Both the position numbers and the translations under genes were made by a program. Shown here one piece after another: positions 17,731 to 30,013 of a stretch of 64,000 bases of DNA. Origin of the DNA: Clostridiales bacterium (GTDB taxonomy: Bacteria > Bacillota > Clostridia > Christensenellales > UBA1242). How positions within the stretch are numbered: position 1 is the first letter of the stretch; each line of letters opens with the position of its first letter. The DNA is taken from contig SVIR01000006.1 of assembly GCA_015069395.1 (NCBI GenBank), forward strand, positions 112 to 64,111, read 5' to 3'. Under the pieces are notes generated by a model. That model searched no databases, had not been told where the DNA came from, and worked only from the letters and a program-made list of their open reading frames with translations.

Positions 17731-18306
17731 TTATCTGCCTAGTCTTTTCTCAACCCCTCTATGTTCATTTCCTTGAGCCAAAATCGTTTTTCCAACATAG
17801 TATTCTCGATTAGCAATCTCCAGAGTAGAATTGGACTCGACATTGCAATCATAAACATTTGCAATTCCAAAAACGTTTATGTTTCCAAACATCTTGCTTC
17901 TTACTACTGCAGCTTCGCCCGAAACTCTTATGTTTCCTTGTAGATAGCTTGAAACAACCCTTCCTCTTCCCGAAATCTCTATTCCTCGAGGTGCAAATTC
18001 TAAAGTAGACTTCGTAACAACAGCATTATCTTTTACAACAACATTTCTTCCTAAATACGATTGTTGAACCAGTGCATTTCCAGCAACCTCACATTGAGGA
18101 CCTATTACAGACCCCTGATCAACCCAACTCTCTCCTTCTTGTGACAATCCATCTGGAAATACATAACCACCTTTTTCTCCGGCTTTTACAAAAAGTCTTG
18201 GATTGTGTATGTCTCTCAAAGCAACAATTCTGCAAAGCCTATAAATCATTCCACCCCTTTCTATTTCTTTAAAATCGCTTTGATCATAAGAATACTTTTC
18301 CATCAA
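17731..18306 (-). CDS. YdcK-like left-handed beta-helix repeat protein, function unknown
   Basis: N-terminal IYRLCRIVALRDIHNPRLFVKAGEKGGYV...LSQEGESWV resembles E. coli YdcK (as I recall its sequence). It is followed by degenerate hexapeptide-type repeats. Confidence 0.5.
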   Translation of the reverse strand: MMEKYSYDQSDFKEIERGGMIYRLCRIVALRDIHNPRLFVKAGEKGGYVFPDGLSQEGESWVDQGSVIGPQCEVAGNALVQQSYLGRNVVVKDNAVVTKSTLEFAPRGIEISGRGRVVSSYLQGNIRVSGEAAVVRSKMFGNINVFGIANVYDCNVESNSTLEIANREYYVGKTILAQGNEHRGVEKRLGR

Positions 18307-18398
18307 CTCTTCCTCCGACGTTTTGCTTATTTTAGCACTTCAATCAACTTTTGTCAACATCGATAATTTCAATAAAAAAAACAATTCGAATGAATTGC

Positions 18399-19100
18399 TT
18401 ATTTTTTATATATGAATCTTTTACAATGTTCGCACACAATGACACCTTTCTCTTTAATTTGAGAAATTGCAACTTTTGGAAGTTCCATTCTACATCTGCC
18501 ACAAAAATTTCCACCTTCCAAAGCCACAATAACAGGAAATATTTTGTCATTACGTTTCTTCTTATATTCATGCATAATTTCAGTTTGAACATCTTTTTCT
18601 AAAATTTGAAGTTCCTTTTTAAGTCTTTCAATTTCAGGTTCTAAAACTTTTGCCTCTTCCTCAATTTTTTGTTTGCAAACACTATATTGCACCCTTGCGT
18701 CGTCATAAGCTTTTTTTGTTGTATTAAATTCTGCCAAAATCTTGTTAATCCCCTCGGCACATTTTTGCAACATCTTTTCCAAAATTCCCAAGTTTGCTAA
18801 AATTTTTCCTCTTACAGCGTTGTACTTCTCAACTTCTTCCATAGACATCTCGTCTAAGTTTTTCTTTTGAATATCTGCAGACTTGTTTTTGTTGATTGTA
18901 TATTTTTCTTTTATTTCTGCAATATCTGCAATAAGCTTTTCTGCTTGAGCTTCCAATTCTGTTGATCTTGCCTGAGTCTTTTTAGCAACAACAGTCAACT
19001 CGTTCGCCTTTTTTTTGTAAGGACTATTAAATAATTTTTGTTCCAACTTAAACAATTCTTCGTCCAACTTTTGATATTTTAACAATGCGTCTATATTCAT
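18399..19100 (-). CDS. coiled-coil protein with C-terminal C4 zinc ribbon (COG1579-like)
   Basis: Long heptad-rich body, with a C-terminal CGRC...17 aa...CEHC. Confidence 0.7.
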   Translation of the reverse strand: MNIDALLKYQKLDEELFKLEQKLFNSPYKKKANELTVVAKKTQARSTELEAQAEKLIADIAEIKEKYTINKNKSADIQKKNLDEMSMEEVEKYNAVRGKILANLGILEKMLQKCAEGINKILAEFNTTKKAYDDARVQYSVCKQKIEEEAKVLEPEIERLKKELQILEKDVQTEIMHEYKKKRNDKIFPVIVALEGGNFCGRCRMELPKVAISQIKEKGVIVCEHCKRFIYKK

Positions 19101-19119
19101 TTACATTCTCCCATTTCAA

Positions 19120-20193
19120 TTATTCTACAAAATCAGCCAATCTCTTACTTCTGTTTGGATGTTTCAATTTTCTCAAAGCTTTCGCTTCAATTTGTCTAAT
19201 TCTTTCTCTGGTTACCGAAAACTCTTTGCCTACTTCTTCCAATGTTTTTTGTCGACCATCCAAAAGTCCATATCTTTGTCTGATAACTTCTTGTTCTCTT
19301 GGGGTTAGTGTATCGATAACGGCTAAAAGCTGTTCTCTCAACAATGTTTGAGTAGCACTCTCAATTGGCGACTTTGCCGATTCGTCAACAATAACATCAG
19401 CCATCTTTCCGTCGTCTTCTTCACCCATTGGCGTTTCCAAAGATATTGGATCTTGTGCCGTTCTTTGAATTTCAACAACCTTAGCCACAGACATATCCAT
19501 TTCTTTCGCAATTTCTTCCAATGTAGGTTCTCTACCCAAAGTCTGCATCAATTTTCTGCAAACTTTTGCATATTTGTTGATTGTTTCATTCATATGAACA
19601 GGAATTCTGATCGTTCTTGATTGATCTGCCATAGCACGGGTAATAGCCTGTCTAATCCACCAGTGAGCATAAGTAGAAAATTTAAAACCCTTTGTATAGT
19701 CAAATTTATCAACGGCTCTCAAAAGCCCCATATTTCCTTCTTGAATTAAATCAAGGAAAGACATTGAGGTTTTTCCCACATATCTTTTAGCAACACTGAC
19801 TACAAGACGTAAGTTTGATTCACACAATACACTTTTTGCATATTGATCTCCCTCTACAGCCTTCCTTGCCAATTCTTTTTCTTCTTCAACTGACAACAAA
19901 GGCACTTTGCCTATATCTTTGAGATACATCTTAACTGGGTCGTCTACATTTACAGAGGCAACCAGATCTGAGAAGTTGTCTTTGTATAGATCTTCGTCAT
20001 TTGTTTTTATGACTTTGATTCCTCTTTTATGAAGTTGATTTACAAACTTTTCAACATTTTCAGCATTTTCACCAACTTTTAAAAGTGAAAAATATATATC
20101 GTCCTCGTTGATAGACCCCTTTTTCATTGCCAATGCTTGAAGCCTGTCATACATCAACTTTATCTTTGCTAAATCTTGTTTATCTTCTGCCAT
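19120..20193 (-). CDS. rpoD: primary RNA polymerase sigma factor
   Basis: Region 2 [27 protein letters not shown]. Region 4 [27 protein letters not shown]. Confidence 0.97.
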   Translation of the reverse strand: MAEDKQDLAKIKLMYDRLQALAMKKGSINEDDIYFSLLKVGENAENVEKFVNQLHKRGIKVIKTNDEDLYKDNFSDLVASVNVDDPVKMYLKDIGKVPLLSVEEEKELARKAVEGDQYAKSVLCESNLRLVVSVAKRYVGKTSMSFLDLIQEGNMGLLRAVDKFDYTKGFKFSTYAHWWIRQAITRAMADQSRTIRIPVHMNETINKYAKVCRKLMQTLGREPTLEEIAKEMDMSVAKVVEIQRTAQDPISLETPMGEEDDGKMADVIVDESAKSPIESATQTLLREQLLAVIDTLTPREQEVIRQRYGLLDGRQKTLEEVGKEFSVTRERIRQIEAKALRKLKHPNRSKRLADFVE

Positions 20194-21949
20194 TGAAATC
20201 CTCCAAACTCTTGTTTTTTAATTGCAACGCAATCTTGCCAAGTTTTTTAGCAATCTCGCCCCTGCGCATTAAATCTTCACAAGTTTTATATTCTATATTT
20301 AATTCTTCTTGTCGCTTTTTTAATTGTTGTTCTGCAATCTTCCACAAACACTCTCTATAATATCTTTCTTCTTCTCGTTGAAAATCCGAAAAATTAAAAT
20401 TTAATATTTCCATAAGAAGCACATCTTCACTCGCTCCTTCAATATCAAATATTGCAGAAAGTGGTAAGTTTTGTTTTATTATGTCCAAATATTTTTTATA
20501 TTCCACCAAAAGTTTTTCATAATCTATTCGTGTGTCCACAAAATCCTTTTTATGCAACAACGATGCAAGCAAAAACTTAACAGCTTTTTCGTCGCTCTTT
20601 TCTACAGGATTTTGAGGCGTTTTAGGTTGAACAAATTTCGCTGTTGTCTTTGGCTCATTGTTTACCTCTCTCCTCAATACATCAATGGGTATTTTGGTTA
20701 AATCTCTTATTTTTTCCAAATAAGGCTCAAATAGAGTTGCACTTCCAAGTTTTCTTATTTCGCCTAAAATAATCTTTACGAAACGACCTTTTTCTTCTGC
20801 GTTGTCTAAGTTATATTTTGATTGATAATGTTCTATCAAATAATCCATAAATGGTTTTGCCCCATCTATCATTTCTTGGAGCTTTTCGCTTCCGTAAGTG
20901 TTTAGAATTTCGTCCGGATCCTTGCCTTCTGGCAAAGCAACGATTTTTAAATCTACATTCTCATTTCTAAACATTTCAATTGCCCTTAATGTAGCCTTTG
21001 TGCCAGCCCCATCTCCGTCAAAACAAATAACAATCTTGTCACAATAACGCTTAAGTTCTTGAACGTGATCTTTTGTCAAAGCTGTGCCCATACAAGCTAC
21101 TGTCGACTTAAAACCACCTCTATGCATAGCGACAACATCCATTTGCCCCTCCACAAGAATGATTTTGTTGAGCAATTGTTGGTGTTTCAAGCTCTTGAGG
21201 AGATTGATTCCAAACACAACTCGCCCCTTTTGAAACACCATCGTTTCTGCCGTATTAAGGTATTTTGCAAAGTCAGTTTTTTCAAGCGCACGAGCACTAA
21301 AACCTATACATTCATTAAACGAGTTAAAAATCGGAAAAACTAATCTACCGGCAACAACATCATAAATTCGATTGTTTTTCTTTGCACAAATTCCAGCATC
21401 AAGCATTTCTTTTTCTGAAAAACCCTTGCCTTTAAGATAGTCAACTATATCAGTCCAGTTTTTTGAATAACCAATCTTAAAGTCTTCAAGTTCTCTTCTT
21501 GTAAGTTTTCTTTTCTTTATGTAATTTTGTGCAAGCACGGCATCTTTGTTATACAAATTTTCTACATAATGCTTATAGGCATAATCCAAAGCAGACAAAA
21601 TTCTTTCTTTTTGCTTTTGAGTTTCTTTTCTCTTGTCTCCAGATGCAAGTTCAGGAACTTCCATTCCGACCTTATCAGCCAAAAGTTTTACTGCGTCCAT
21701 AAAGTCAATATTTTCCATTTTTTGAACAAACTTAATTACATCTCCAGACTCTTTGCAACCAAAGCAATAATATATTCCATCTTCATTATTAATAGAAAAA
21801 GAAGGCGTCTTTTCATTGTGAAATGGACAACACGCCCAAAACCTACGCCCTTTTTGTTCCATCTGTAAATAATTTGAGGCAATAGAAACAATATCGTTTT
21901 TGCGTTTTAGTTCGCTCAACCAATCTACGCCAAAACCTCTATTTTGCAA
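20180..21949 (-). CDS. dnaG: DNA primase
   Basis: Zinc finger [36 protein letters not shown] motifs LVEGQMDV and FDGDGAG. Overlaps rpoD by 14 nt. Confidence 0.97.
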   Translation of the reverse strand: MQNRGFGVDWLSELKRKNDIVSIASNYLQMEQKGRRFWACCPFHNEKTPSFSINNEDGIYYCFGCKESGDVIKFVQKMENIDFMDAVKLLADKVGMEVPELASGDKRKETQKQKERILSALDYAYKHYVENLYNKDAVLAQNYIKKRKLTRRELEDFKIGYSKNWTDIVDYLKGKGFSEKEMLDAGICAKKNNRIYDVVAGRLVFPIFNSFNECIGFSARALEKTDFAKYLNTAETMVFQKGRVVFGINLLKSLKHQQLLNKIILVEGQMDVVAMHRGGFKSTVACMGTALTKDHVQELKRYCDKIVICFDGDGAGTKATLRAIEMFRNENVDLKIVALPEGKDPDEILNTYGSEKLQEMIDGAKPFMDYLIEHYQSKYNLDNAEEKGRFVKIILGEIRKLGSATLFEPYLEKIRDLTKIPIDVLRREVNNEPKTTAKFVQPKTPQNPVEKSDEKAVKFLLASLLHKKDFVDTRIDYEKLLVEYKKYLDIIKQNLPLSAIFDIEGASEDVLLMEILNFNFSDFQREEERYYRECLWKIAEQQLKKRQEELNIEYKTCEDLMRRGEIAKKLGKIALQLKNKSLEDFNGRR

Positions 21950-22079
21950 TATATTCTCCTAAAAGTGTTTTGTTAATATTAATATACTGCAAAAAAGCAA
22001 GAATTCCTCTAAAATAAAGAAAATAATTATAAAAAAATGACTATAACTACAAAAAAAAGAAGCAAAGTATAAACTTTGC

Positions 22080-23471
22080 TTACATATCTTTTATTTTTCC
22101 ACTTTCTGAGTCTACTTTAACTGGTGTTTTTCTACCTCTAAATAGATCTCTACCGACAAGCCAAATGCACATTTCATTTCTCGGCAATTCGTTTTCTTCG
22201 ATAATCTTGTCTACGTCGCCGATAAATTGACTAAATTGTTTGTCGTCTGTCAAGTCAATTGAGAATTCCCCGCGTTCATACTTCATTCTAAACTCTTTCA
22301 ATACGTCAGAGACATCACACCTGTCGCCAGAATTGTATTTTCTCATACCCATCATAGTTTTGCTAATCAATGTTTTGGTTTCAACCAAAGTTTTTCTGTC
22401 AAATTCTTCATAAGCACTGCCCACAGCATCAAGCTTTGTCATACACTCAATAATATTCGAAGGGTGAATTGGCATACATTTAAAATAATTTACTGGATAA
22501 TTATTTCCTTCAGCATCAACAATTGAAAGTGCTCGATTGAGATTTTCAATCTTATGACAAAAGTCAACAATAACAGCATCGTCTTCTGGCGTTGCACAAT
22601 CGTCTTTTTTGTGCTTCAAGGCTTTAGAAAGCATAAGATAATATTCGCCGCGATTTCCTTCATAAACATCTGTGCTATAAAGCCTTTCTTTTACGTTTCC
22701 AAAAAACCATTCAGTGGCCTCTTTAGCCTTCACAAAAATTGGGTTTTGTTTTGTTTCTGCTGTCATTTTTTGTTCGGCTTCGGCTAAAAATATCTCTACT
22801 ACATTCCAAATTTGTTCAAAGTTTTCTTTTTTGCTACGCTTTTTTGTATGCGTACTATAATTTTTTATGTAATCATTTACTACTGAGCAATAAATTGATA
22901 GCAACAAGTCTTGATTTGACGCCGGATCTTTTTCTCCCGTTTGCTCTCTTAGAAAAAACTCCAATTTTTTAGAAAATTGTTGAAAGCCCCTTTCTCTTAA
23001 AGCATCTTTGACGTGGGTTTTGGTGTCCATTTCTCCTAATGTCATAGACCTAACATATAGAGCATCGCCCATTGTTTCTACCAAATTTTCAGCTACAATT
23101 TCTCCCAAAAACTTTTTAAGTTCTTCACTGTTTTTTACTGGTTCTTTTGGCAAAACAGATTCTGGACAAATCGTCAAAGCAAATTTTTCAATAAGCCCAA
23201 CATAGTTTATTATGCTCAGGTCTGCAGTAGAAACAAAGCTTTTAATTTCTTCATATCTTTCAGGCACATATGATTTTAAGATCGCATTTGCTAAAACTTT
23301 TATTCGTTTAAAATCCCCTTTCAAATACCTCTCAACAAATTGAGCATTAACCTCTTCAGCAGATTTAGACAAATCAAACGGCTTTTCAGCAATAAACTTG
23401 TCAACCCACTCAAAGAAAAACTTTAAGTAGCTTTGTTTTTCAATATCTTTCGTTGAATAATAAATCCCCAT
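22080..23471 (-). CDS. hypothetical protein (463 aa), predicted mostly alpha-helical
   Basis: The ATG at 23471 is preceded by AGGGGA. It has its own terminator at about 22050..22079. No motif I recognise. Confidence 0.6.
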   Translation of the reverse strand: MGIYYSTKDIEKQSYLKFFFEWVDKFIAEKPFDLSKSAEEVNAQFVERYLKGDFKRIKVLANAILKSYVPERYEEIKSFVSTADLSIINYVGLIEKFALTICPESVLPKEPVKNSEELKKFLGEIVAENLVETMGDALYVRSMTLGEMDTKTHVKDALRERGFQQFSKKLEFFLREQTGEKDPASNQDLLLSIYCSVVNDYIKNYSTHTKKRSKKENFEQIWNVVEIFLAEAEQKMTAETKQNPIFVKAKEATEWFFGNVKERLYSTDVYEGNRGEYYLMLSKALKHKKDDCATPEDDAVIVDFCHKIENLNRALSIVDAEGNNYPVNYFKCMPIHPSNIIECMTKLDAVGSAYEEFDRKTLVETKTLISKTMMGMRKYNSGDRCDVSDVLKEFRMKYERGEFSIDLTDDKQFSQFIGDVDKIIEENELPRNEMCIWLVGRDLFRGRKTPVKVDSESGKIKDM

Positions 23472-23560
23472 ATTATCAATCCCCTTTCTTTTATGATAGC
23501 ACCTATCAATAATTTTGTCAATAGCAAACAAAAAACCCTGCAAAAATGCAGGGCAAAAAA

Positions 23561-25472
<1,912 letters not shown>

Positions 25473-25593
25473 AAAAAACTCCTTTTAACACCCTTATTAT
25501 AAAATTTTGCAACATCGTTTGTAAAGTTTTTATGTCAACAAAAAATACAACTTCTCAAATTTTCTGTCGAAAAAGGGGTTGTTGTATGTTTCT

Positions 25594-26406
25594 CTATTGC
25601 AAAAATTTACTAAACTCAACCTCTGTCACAACTGGCAAATGATCACTGTATGCCAGATCTAATATGTCGCTTGTTTTGAGATTATTTTTTAAGTCTTCAC
25701 TAACAATAATATAATCTATTCTATATTTCCAACTGTTGTAATTTGAATCTTGCCTTGAACGATAACTTCTCCAAGAATAAACCACTCTTTCTGGATTTAA
25801 AAACCTAAAACTATCTACAAAGCCAATGTTCAACAACTCTTCAAAGGCTTGCCTTTCAACTGGCAAGAATACAGACTTGTTTTTACATTCTTTTGGGTTT
25901 GTTAAATCAATTTCATTATGAGCGATATTAAAATCTCCGACACATACCACACTATATTTCAATCTCAAATCTGTTAGATATTTGTTTAAAGCCTCTAAAT
26001 ATTTCATTTTGAAATCAAGCCTACTATTTCCATTTGGGACATATGAATTTATTATTGCAATATCACCAATTATGATGGTTGTTGTCCTCCCTTCGTTGTC
26101 TTGCCAATAATCTTTCATATCATATAAAACCTTGTCAGGTTTTGTTTTGGACAAAATCAGCGTTCCTGCATAACCAGGCACTTCTCCACAATTGTAAATT
26201 GGCACATAATTTTTTAAAAGACCTTCTTTCTGGCCAAAGAGACTCAACTGTTTGTTTTGTTGTTCGATAATTTCACTCGCCAAAGTTTCATTGCATCTCA
26301 CCTCTTGAAAACAATATACATCGGCGTTGAAATCCTTGATCCAATCAAGCAATCCCAACTTTACACTAGCTCTCAATCCATTTATATTATAAGTTACAAT
26401 TTTCAT
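25594..26406 (-). CDS. xth: exodeoxyribonuclease III
   Basis: MKIVTYNINGLRA...DVYCFQE...GDFNIAH...SDHLPV. Confidence 0.9.
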   Translation of the reverse strand: MKIVTYNINGLRASVKLGLLDWIKDFNADVYCFQEVRCNETLASEIIEQQNKQLSLFGQKEGLLKNYVPIYNCGEVPGYAGTLILSKTKPDKVLYDMKDYWQDNEGRTTTIIIGDIAIINSYVPNGNSRLDFKMKYLEALNKYLTDLRLKYSVVCVGDFNIAHNEIDLTNPKECKNKSVFLPVERQAFEELLNIGFVDSFRFLNPERVVYSWRSYRSRQDSNYNSWKYRIDYIIVSEDLKNNLKTSDILDLAYSDHLPVVTEVEFSKFLQ

Positions 26407-26484
26407 ACAAATATTATAACATATTCGAAAACTTTTTTCATAATACGACACAAAAAAAACAGAGTTTAAAACTCTGCTTCTTGT

Positions 26485-28053
26485 TTATGCTTTCGCTACT
26501 TTTTCATATACAACTTCAAAAGAGATTGTTGTATCAGGATTGTCAAATGTATATTCACTGGTAATATATTCAGAAGTCCCCTCTACTCTATAACCCAAAA
26601 ATCTAAAAGTAAATTCGTCTGTTTCGTAAGGCAAAGCTGATATTACTAAACCTCCAGAATAGTTCGTTGATCCACTTATCAAAATAGTATCGTTTTCAAC
26701 ATACAGGATCTCAATAAATCTAAAAGTTGCATTACAAGTAAGGTCTATTCCTCCAATTGTTGAAAAATGGTCTCCCATCTGTGGATTATCAACACTATAC
26801 CCATAAAGAAAGTTTCCTACAAATGGAGAATCTTCTTCGCCCAAAACTACAACACTAAAGCTCGCTCTGCATGGTTTGTATACAGTCTCAAAAATTGCAA
26901 CTATATCAACTTCACCTTCTACTCGCCAACTCGTTGGGTTTTCTTCAACAACTTCAGTATCAACAATTATTTGCCACCCCTTAAAAACATAATCATATTC
27001 AATCGAGCCCGATTCTTTTGGTTCGATTATGAAGGTAAGGTCTTGAGCTTCTGACACCGAGTAAAACGAAATAGAATTTGTGGTATAGTCAAATTCTATA
27101 AAATCACCCCATTGTACCTTTGCTCCCGTTTCACTAACATTTGAATCTAACTCGCTTGAAAGAGAGCCATAAGCAGAGTTACAAGAAATTCCTACATAAT
27201 ATTGTTGAAATTCTCTACCAAAATAAACCACTATTTCCATTTCGTCATATACATTGGTTGTTTTTGACATGCCAACAAAATGGTCGGAAAAATACTCTCC
27301 ATCAATATCATAGCCTTCTATAAAATAAACCCATTGTGCAGTATTCGTGTGTGTGGTTGGATATACTATAGTATCTCCTATTAAAATGTAAGAAGGGTCT
27401 CCAATTCCAAGTATTCCTGCGTAAAAAGAAACTTGTGCACCATATTCAACGCTTACATTTGACTTATCAAGAGTTCCATAGTTTAAATCGTTTGCAACCG
27501 ACAATGTAACAGTATAATGATTATCCTTTGCAAAACTTATGGAAACATCTCCAGTAACTCTATATAAATTTTCACTAATTTGTGTCGCCCCAACTACCTC
27601 AAACTCTGTAACATAATATCCCTCTGCCAAAGTGGTATATGTAATTGAAATTTGATCATTATAATGAAGAATTGTTTCATTAGTTAAATCAATCTCATCT
27701 TTTTTTACGACAACCTCTGTAGGAATCGACAATGAATAATCTTCCAATTTAAACGTGGCCGAAACCACAACATTCTCTTCTGGCATTACAAATGTATTAT
27801 TTAAAATAGAATCTCCATTTACTTTCAAAGAATCTAATTCATAACCAACATCAGGAGTCACAGTTAAAGTGACTGTCTCACCAACCTTGGCTGATTGTTT
27901 ATCTGCAACAACGACCCCATTTTCTGAAGTTTGAACGCTTATTTCATATTTTGTTGCAAAACAACCCGTAAACATAAAAAACATGGCTATAGCCATAACA
28001 ACCATTACAAAACATGACATTAGTGTCTTATTTGAAGATTTACTACTATTCAT
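26485..28053 (-). CDS. surface lipoprotein with divergent InlB-B-repeat-like domain(s)
   Basis: Signal peptide with lipobox FTGC. The first domain, VTLTVTPDVGYELDSLKVNGDSILNNTFVMPEENVVVSATF, matches the divergent InlB B-repeat pattern. Confidence 0.65.
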   Translation of the reverse strand: MNSSKSSNKTLMSCFVMVVMAIAMFFMFTGCFATKYEISVQTSENGVVVADKQSAKVGETVTLTVTPDVGYELDSLKVNGDSILNNTFVMPEENVVVSATFKLEDYSLSIPTEVVVKKDEIDLTNETILHYNDQISITYTTLAEGYYVTEFEVVGATQISENLYRVTGDVSISFAKDNHYTVTLSVANDLNYGTLDKSNVSVEYGAQVSFYAGILGIGDPSYILIGDTIVYPTTHTNTAQWVYFIEGYDIDGEYFSDHFVGMSKTTNVYDEMEIVVYFGREFQQYYVGISCNSAYGSLSSELDSNVSETGAKVQWGDFIEFDYTTNSISFYSVSEAQDLTFIIEPKESGSIEYDYVFKGWQIIVDTEVVEENPTSWRVEGEVDIVAIFETVYKPCRASFSVVVLGEEDSPFVGNFLYGYSVDNPQMGDHFSTIGGIDLTCNATFRFIEILYVENDTILISGSTNYSGGLVISALPYETDEFTFRFLGYRVEGTSEYITSEYTFDNPDTTISFEVVYEKVAKA

Positions 28054-28117
28054 ACAATTCCTCCATTTTTATAATATCAAAACCCAACAATTTTGTCAAA
28101 CAGACAATCGTCTGCTT

Positions 28118-28678
28118 TTAATAATCAGTCCTTAATTCATATATTATTACATTTTCACAATTTAATCCAACAGGAATGTCAAATGAAGAAAACTCTACAA
28201 TCACGTCAAACAAATTGTATTGAAAAATATAATCCATCACTTGCTGTAAACCATCAATATTTTTAAGCCTTCTATCATAAATATCACAAACAAAATTGAA
28301 ATCTGGACACCTGACTGCATCTCTCGCCGAAAACTCTTTGTTGTTTGAAATAGTCAAAGACACTTTCATATCTTTGTTTATTTGAATCTCTCCAGTACAA
28401 AGTTGATTTTCAGTATAATTATAGGAGCTGACATTTATCAAAAAGTTTCGTTGTTCCTTCACATATTCGACTACGTTTTTTTTCTCGACCTTTAAATTAA
28501 ACAATTTTGAATTTGATTTAGCCATATCTCTTACGGCATAAAACTTAGCGTCATATTTTTTGATAAAGTCCAAGATTTTTTTATTATCCATTTCTTCAAA
28601 TATTATTTTCGGAAATTGATTTAGTCTTAAATCGTTTATTAATTTCGAACTCTCTTTTTTGTTTTTTGTTTTGAGCAT
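28118..28678 (-). CDS. hypothetical protein (186 aa)
   Basis: The ATG at 28678 is preceded by AAAGGAA. It lies downstream of 28735..29130 in an apparent two-gene unit, with a weak terminator at about 28085..28112. Confidence 0.55.
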   Translation of the reverse strand: MLKTKNKKESSKLINDLRLNQFPKIIFEEMDNKKILDFIKKYDAKFYAVRDMAKSNSKLFNLKVEKKNVVEYVKEQRNFLINVSSYNYTENQLCTGEIQINKDMKVSLTISNNKEFSARDAVRCPDFNFVCDIYDRRLKNIDGLQQVMDYIFQYNLFDVIVEFSSFDIPVGLNCENVIIYELRTDY

Positions 28679-28734
28679 TAAAGATTCCTTTTTTCTTAAA
28701 ATAAAAGCCAATCTGAAAATTGGCTTAATTATGT

Positions 28735-29130
28735 CTATTCTTGCAAAGCTGGTGGTGTAACAATTGGTCCAACAACAGTGTTTATTGTCAAGTTTGTAAT
28801 TGTATTTGAAATATAAGAAATCAAAATTCTAACTGGTTGGCTGTTCTTGATATATTCTTTTGGATCTCCAAGCTTCATAAAAGCAATTGAATCAACAGGG
28901 ATATCTATGCTCATAGCTACACTAAGACGCATCAAATTTGCTGGTGTGACAACCAAATTTCTCTCAACTGTAACTTTCACGATTTCTTCTGTAACTTTTC
29001 TAATATCAATAGTATCTTCTGGTTTGATATTTATCATTGCGTTTGGTTGTGGCAATGAAAGTTTTTCACAAACTACCTTTTCTACGATTGGTTTAACTAA
29101 ATGTGGTTTAATAATATTTTCTTGTTCCAT
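28735..29130 (-). CDS. hypothetical protein (131 aa), possibly SecB-like fold (tentative)
   Basis: The C-terminal segment VRILISYISNTITNLTINTVVGPIVTPPAL resembles the SecB C-terminal pattern ([29 protein letters not shown] in E. coli, from memory). Confidence 0.3.
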   Translation of the reverse strand: MEQENIIKPHLVKPIVEKVVCEKLSLPQPNAMINIKPEDTIDIRKVTEEIVKVTVERNLVVTPANLMRLSVAMSIDIPVDSIAFMKLGDPKEYIKNSQPVRILISYISNTITNLTINTVVGPIVTPPALQE

Positions 29131-29204
29131 AAATTCTGCTCCTTAATAAGATTATTCTAACACAATTATAGACAAAAAACAATTCTTTTTCTCAAATTTG
29201 CTTA

Positions 29205-29233
29205 TTGACAATCAACAAATTTTGGTTTATCAT
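29205..29233 (+). promoter_or_regulatory. sigma-A promoter TTGACA, 17-nt spacer, TATCAT, ending 6 nt before the ATG at 29240
   Basis: The -35 is at 29205..29210 and the -10 at 29228..29233. There is no SD sequence before the ATG. Confidence 0.5.
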
Positions 29234-29239
29234 AAAAAT

Positions 29240-29944
29240 ATGAATAAACAAGCGACTATTTTTTTGGATTATAACGAGACTTTTGACGACATCAGAGACG
29301 GCAAAGGAAAAATCTTTATGAGCGCACTTTCTAGGTTTGTCGCTCATTTTAAAGGAAACGTAAAAATCGTGGTGATTACTGCCGCACCCTATAACAGAGA
29401 ATTTTTCAACATTCGCCCAGAATTTAAAATTACTATGGCACATTTCCCAAGAAACTTGAGAGATAAATTTGCATATCTTATTGAGGGGAATTGTCAATAT
29501 GTAACTCCTCTTTATTCTGACTATGACACTATTGAATTTGGAGATGCTATAGAGCTCAAAAACTTTGGAACAAAAAAAGATGGCGTTGAGCAATACTTCA
29601 GATGGGTTGAGTCTAAAGATCAATCGTCAGTTTGTGTCTTCGCTGGAAATAATGAAGAGTCTGATTTGATTATGATGGATGCAAATATTGGCGACAGAGA
29701 AAAATATTTCTTGCTTGCAAACAGAAGAGTTTTAAAATCTGCAAATTATCCTATTTACAAACTTTCTATGCATCGTCCGACCCATACATTTTCAGTTGTA
29801 AATGACATTCTTGAAAATACAACTCCTCCAATTACAGAACTTCCAAGTGAACTTATTATCAAGACAGGAGCAAAAAGCTATGGGCTTGGTCGGGGTTTTT
29901 ATGCTCTCTCTGACATAGCTAAAGAAAAAGAAAGGACATTATAA
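29240..29944 (+). CDS. HAD-superfamily-like protein (trehalose-phosphatase-like motif I degenerate: DYNET)
   Basis: IFLDYNETF compares with the canonical FLDYDGTL. VVITAAP is a motif II-like segment. VFAGNNEESDLIMM is motif IV-like. The minus-strand ORF 29192..29623 overlapping it is judged spurious. Confidence 0.4.
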   Translation: MNKQATIFLDYNETFDDIRDGKGKIFMSALSRFVAHFKGNVKIVVITAAPYNREFFNIRPEFKITMAHFPRNLRDKFAYLIEGNCQYVTPLYSDYDTIEFGDAIELKNFGTKKDGVEQYFRWVESKDQSSVCVFAGNNEESDLIMMDANIGDREKYFLLANRRVLKSANYPIYKLSMHRPTHTFSVVNDILENTTPPITELPSELIIKTGAKSYGLGRGFYALSDIAKEKERTL

Positions 29945-30013
29945 TATAAGACCACCAAAGATGGTGGTTTTTTTATTTTTTTCAAAACAAAAAAGCATAC
30001 GCCTGTATGCTTT

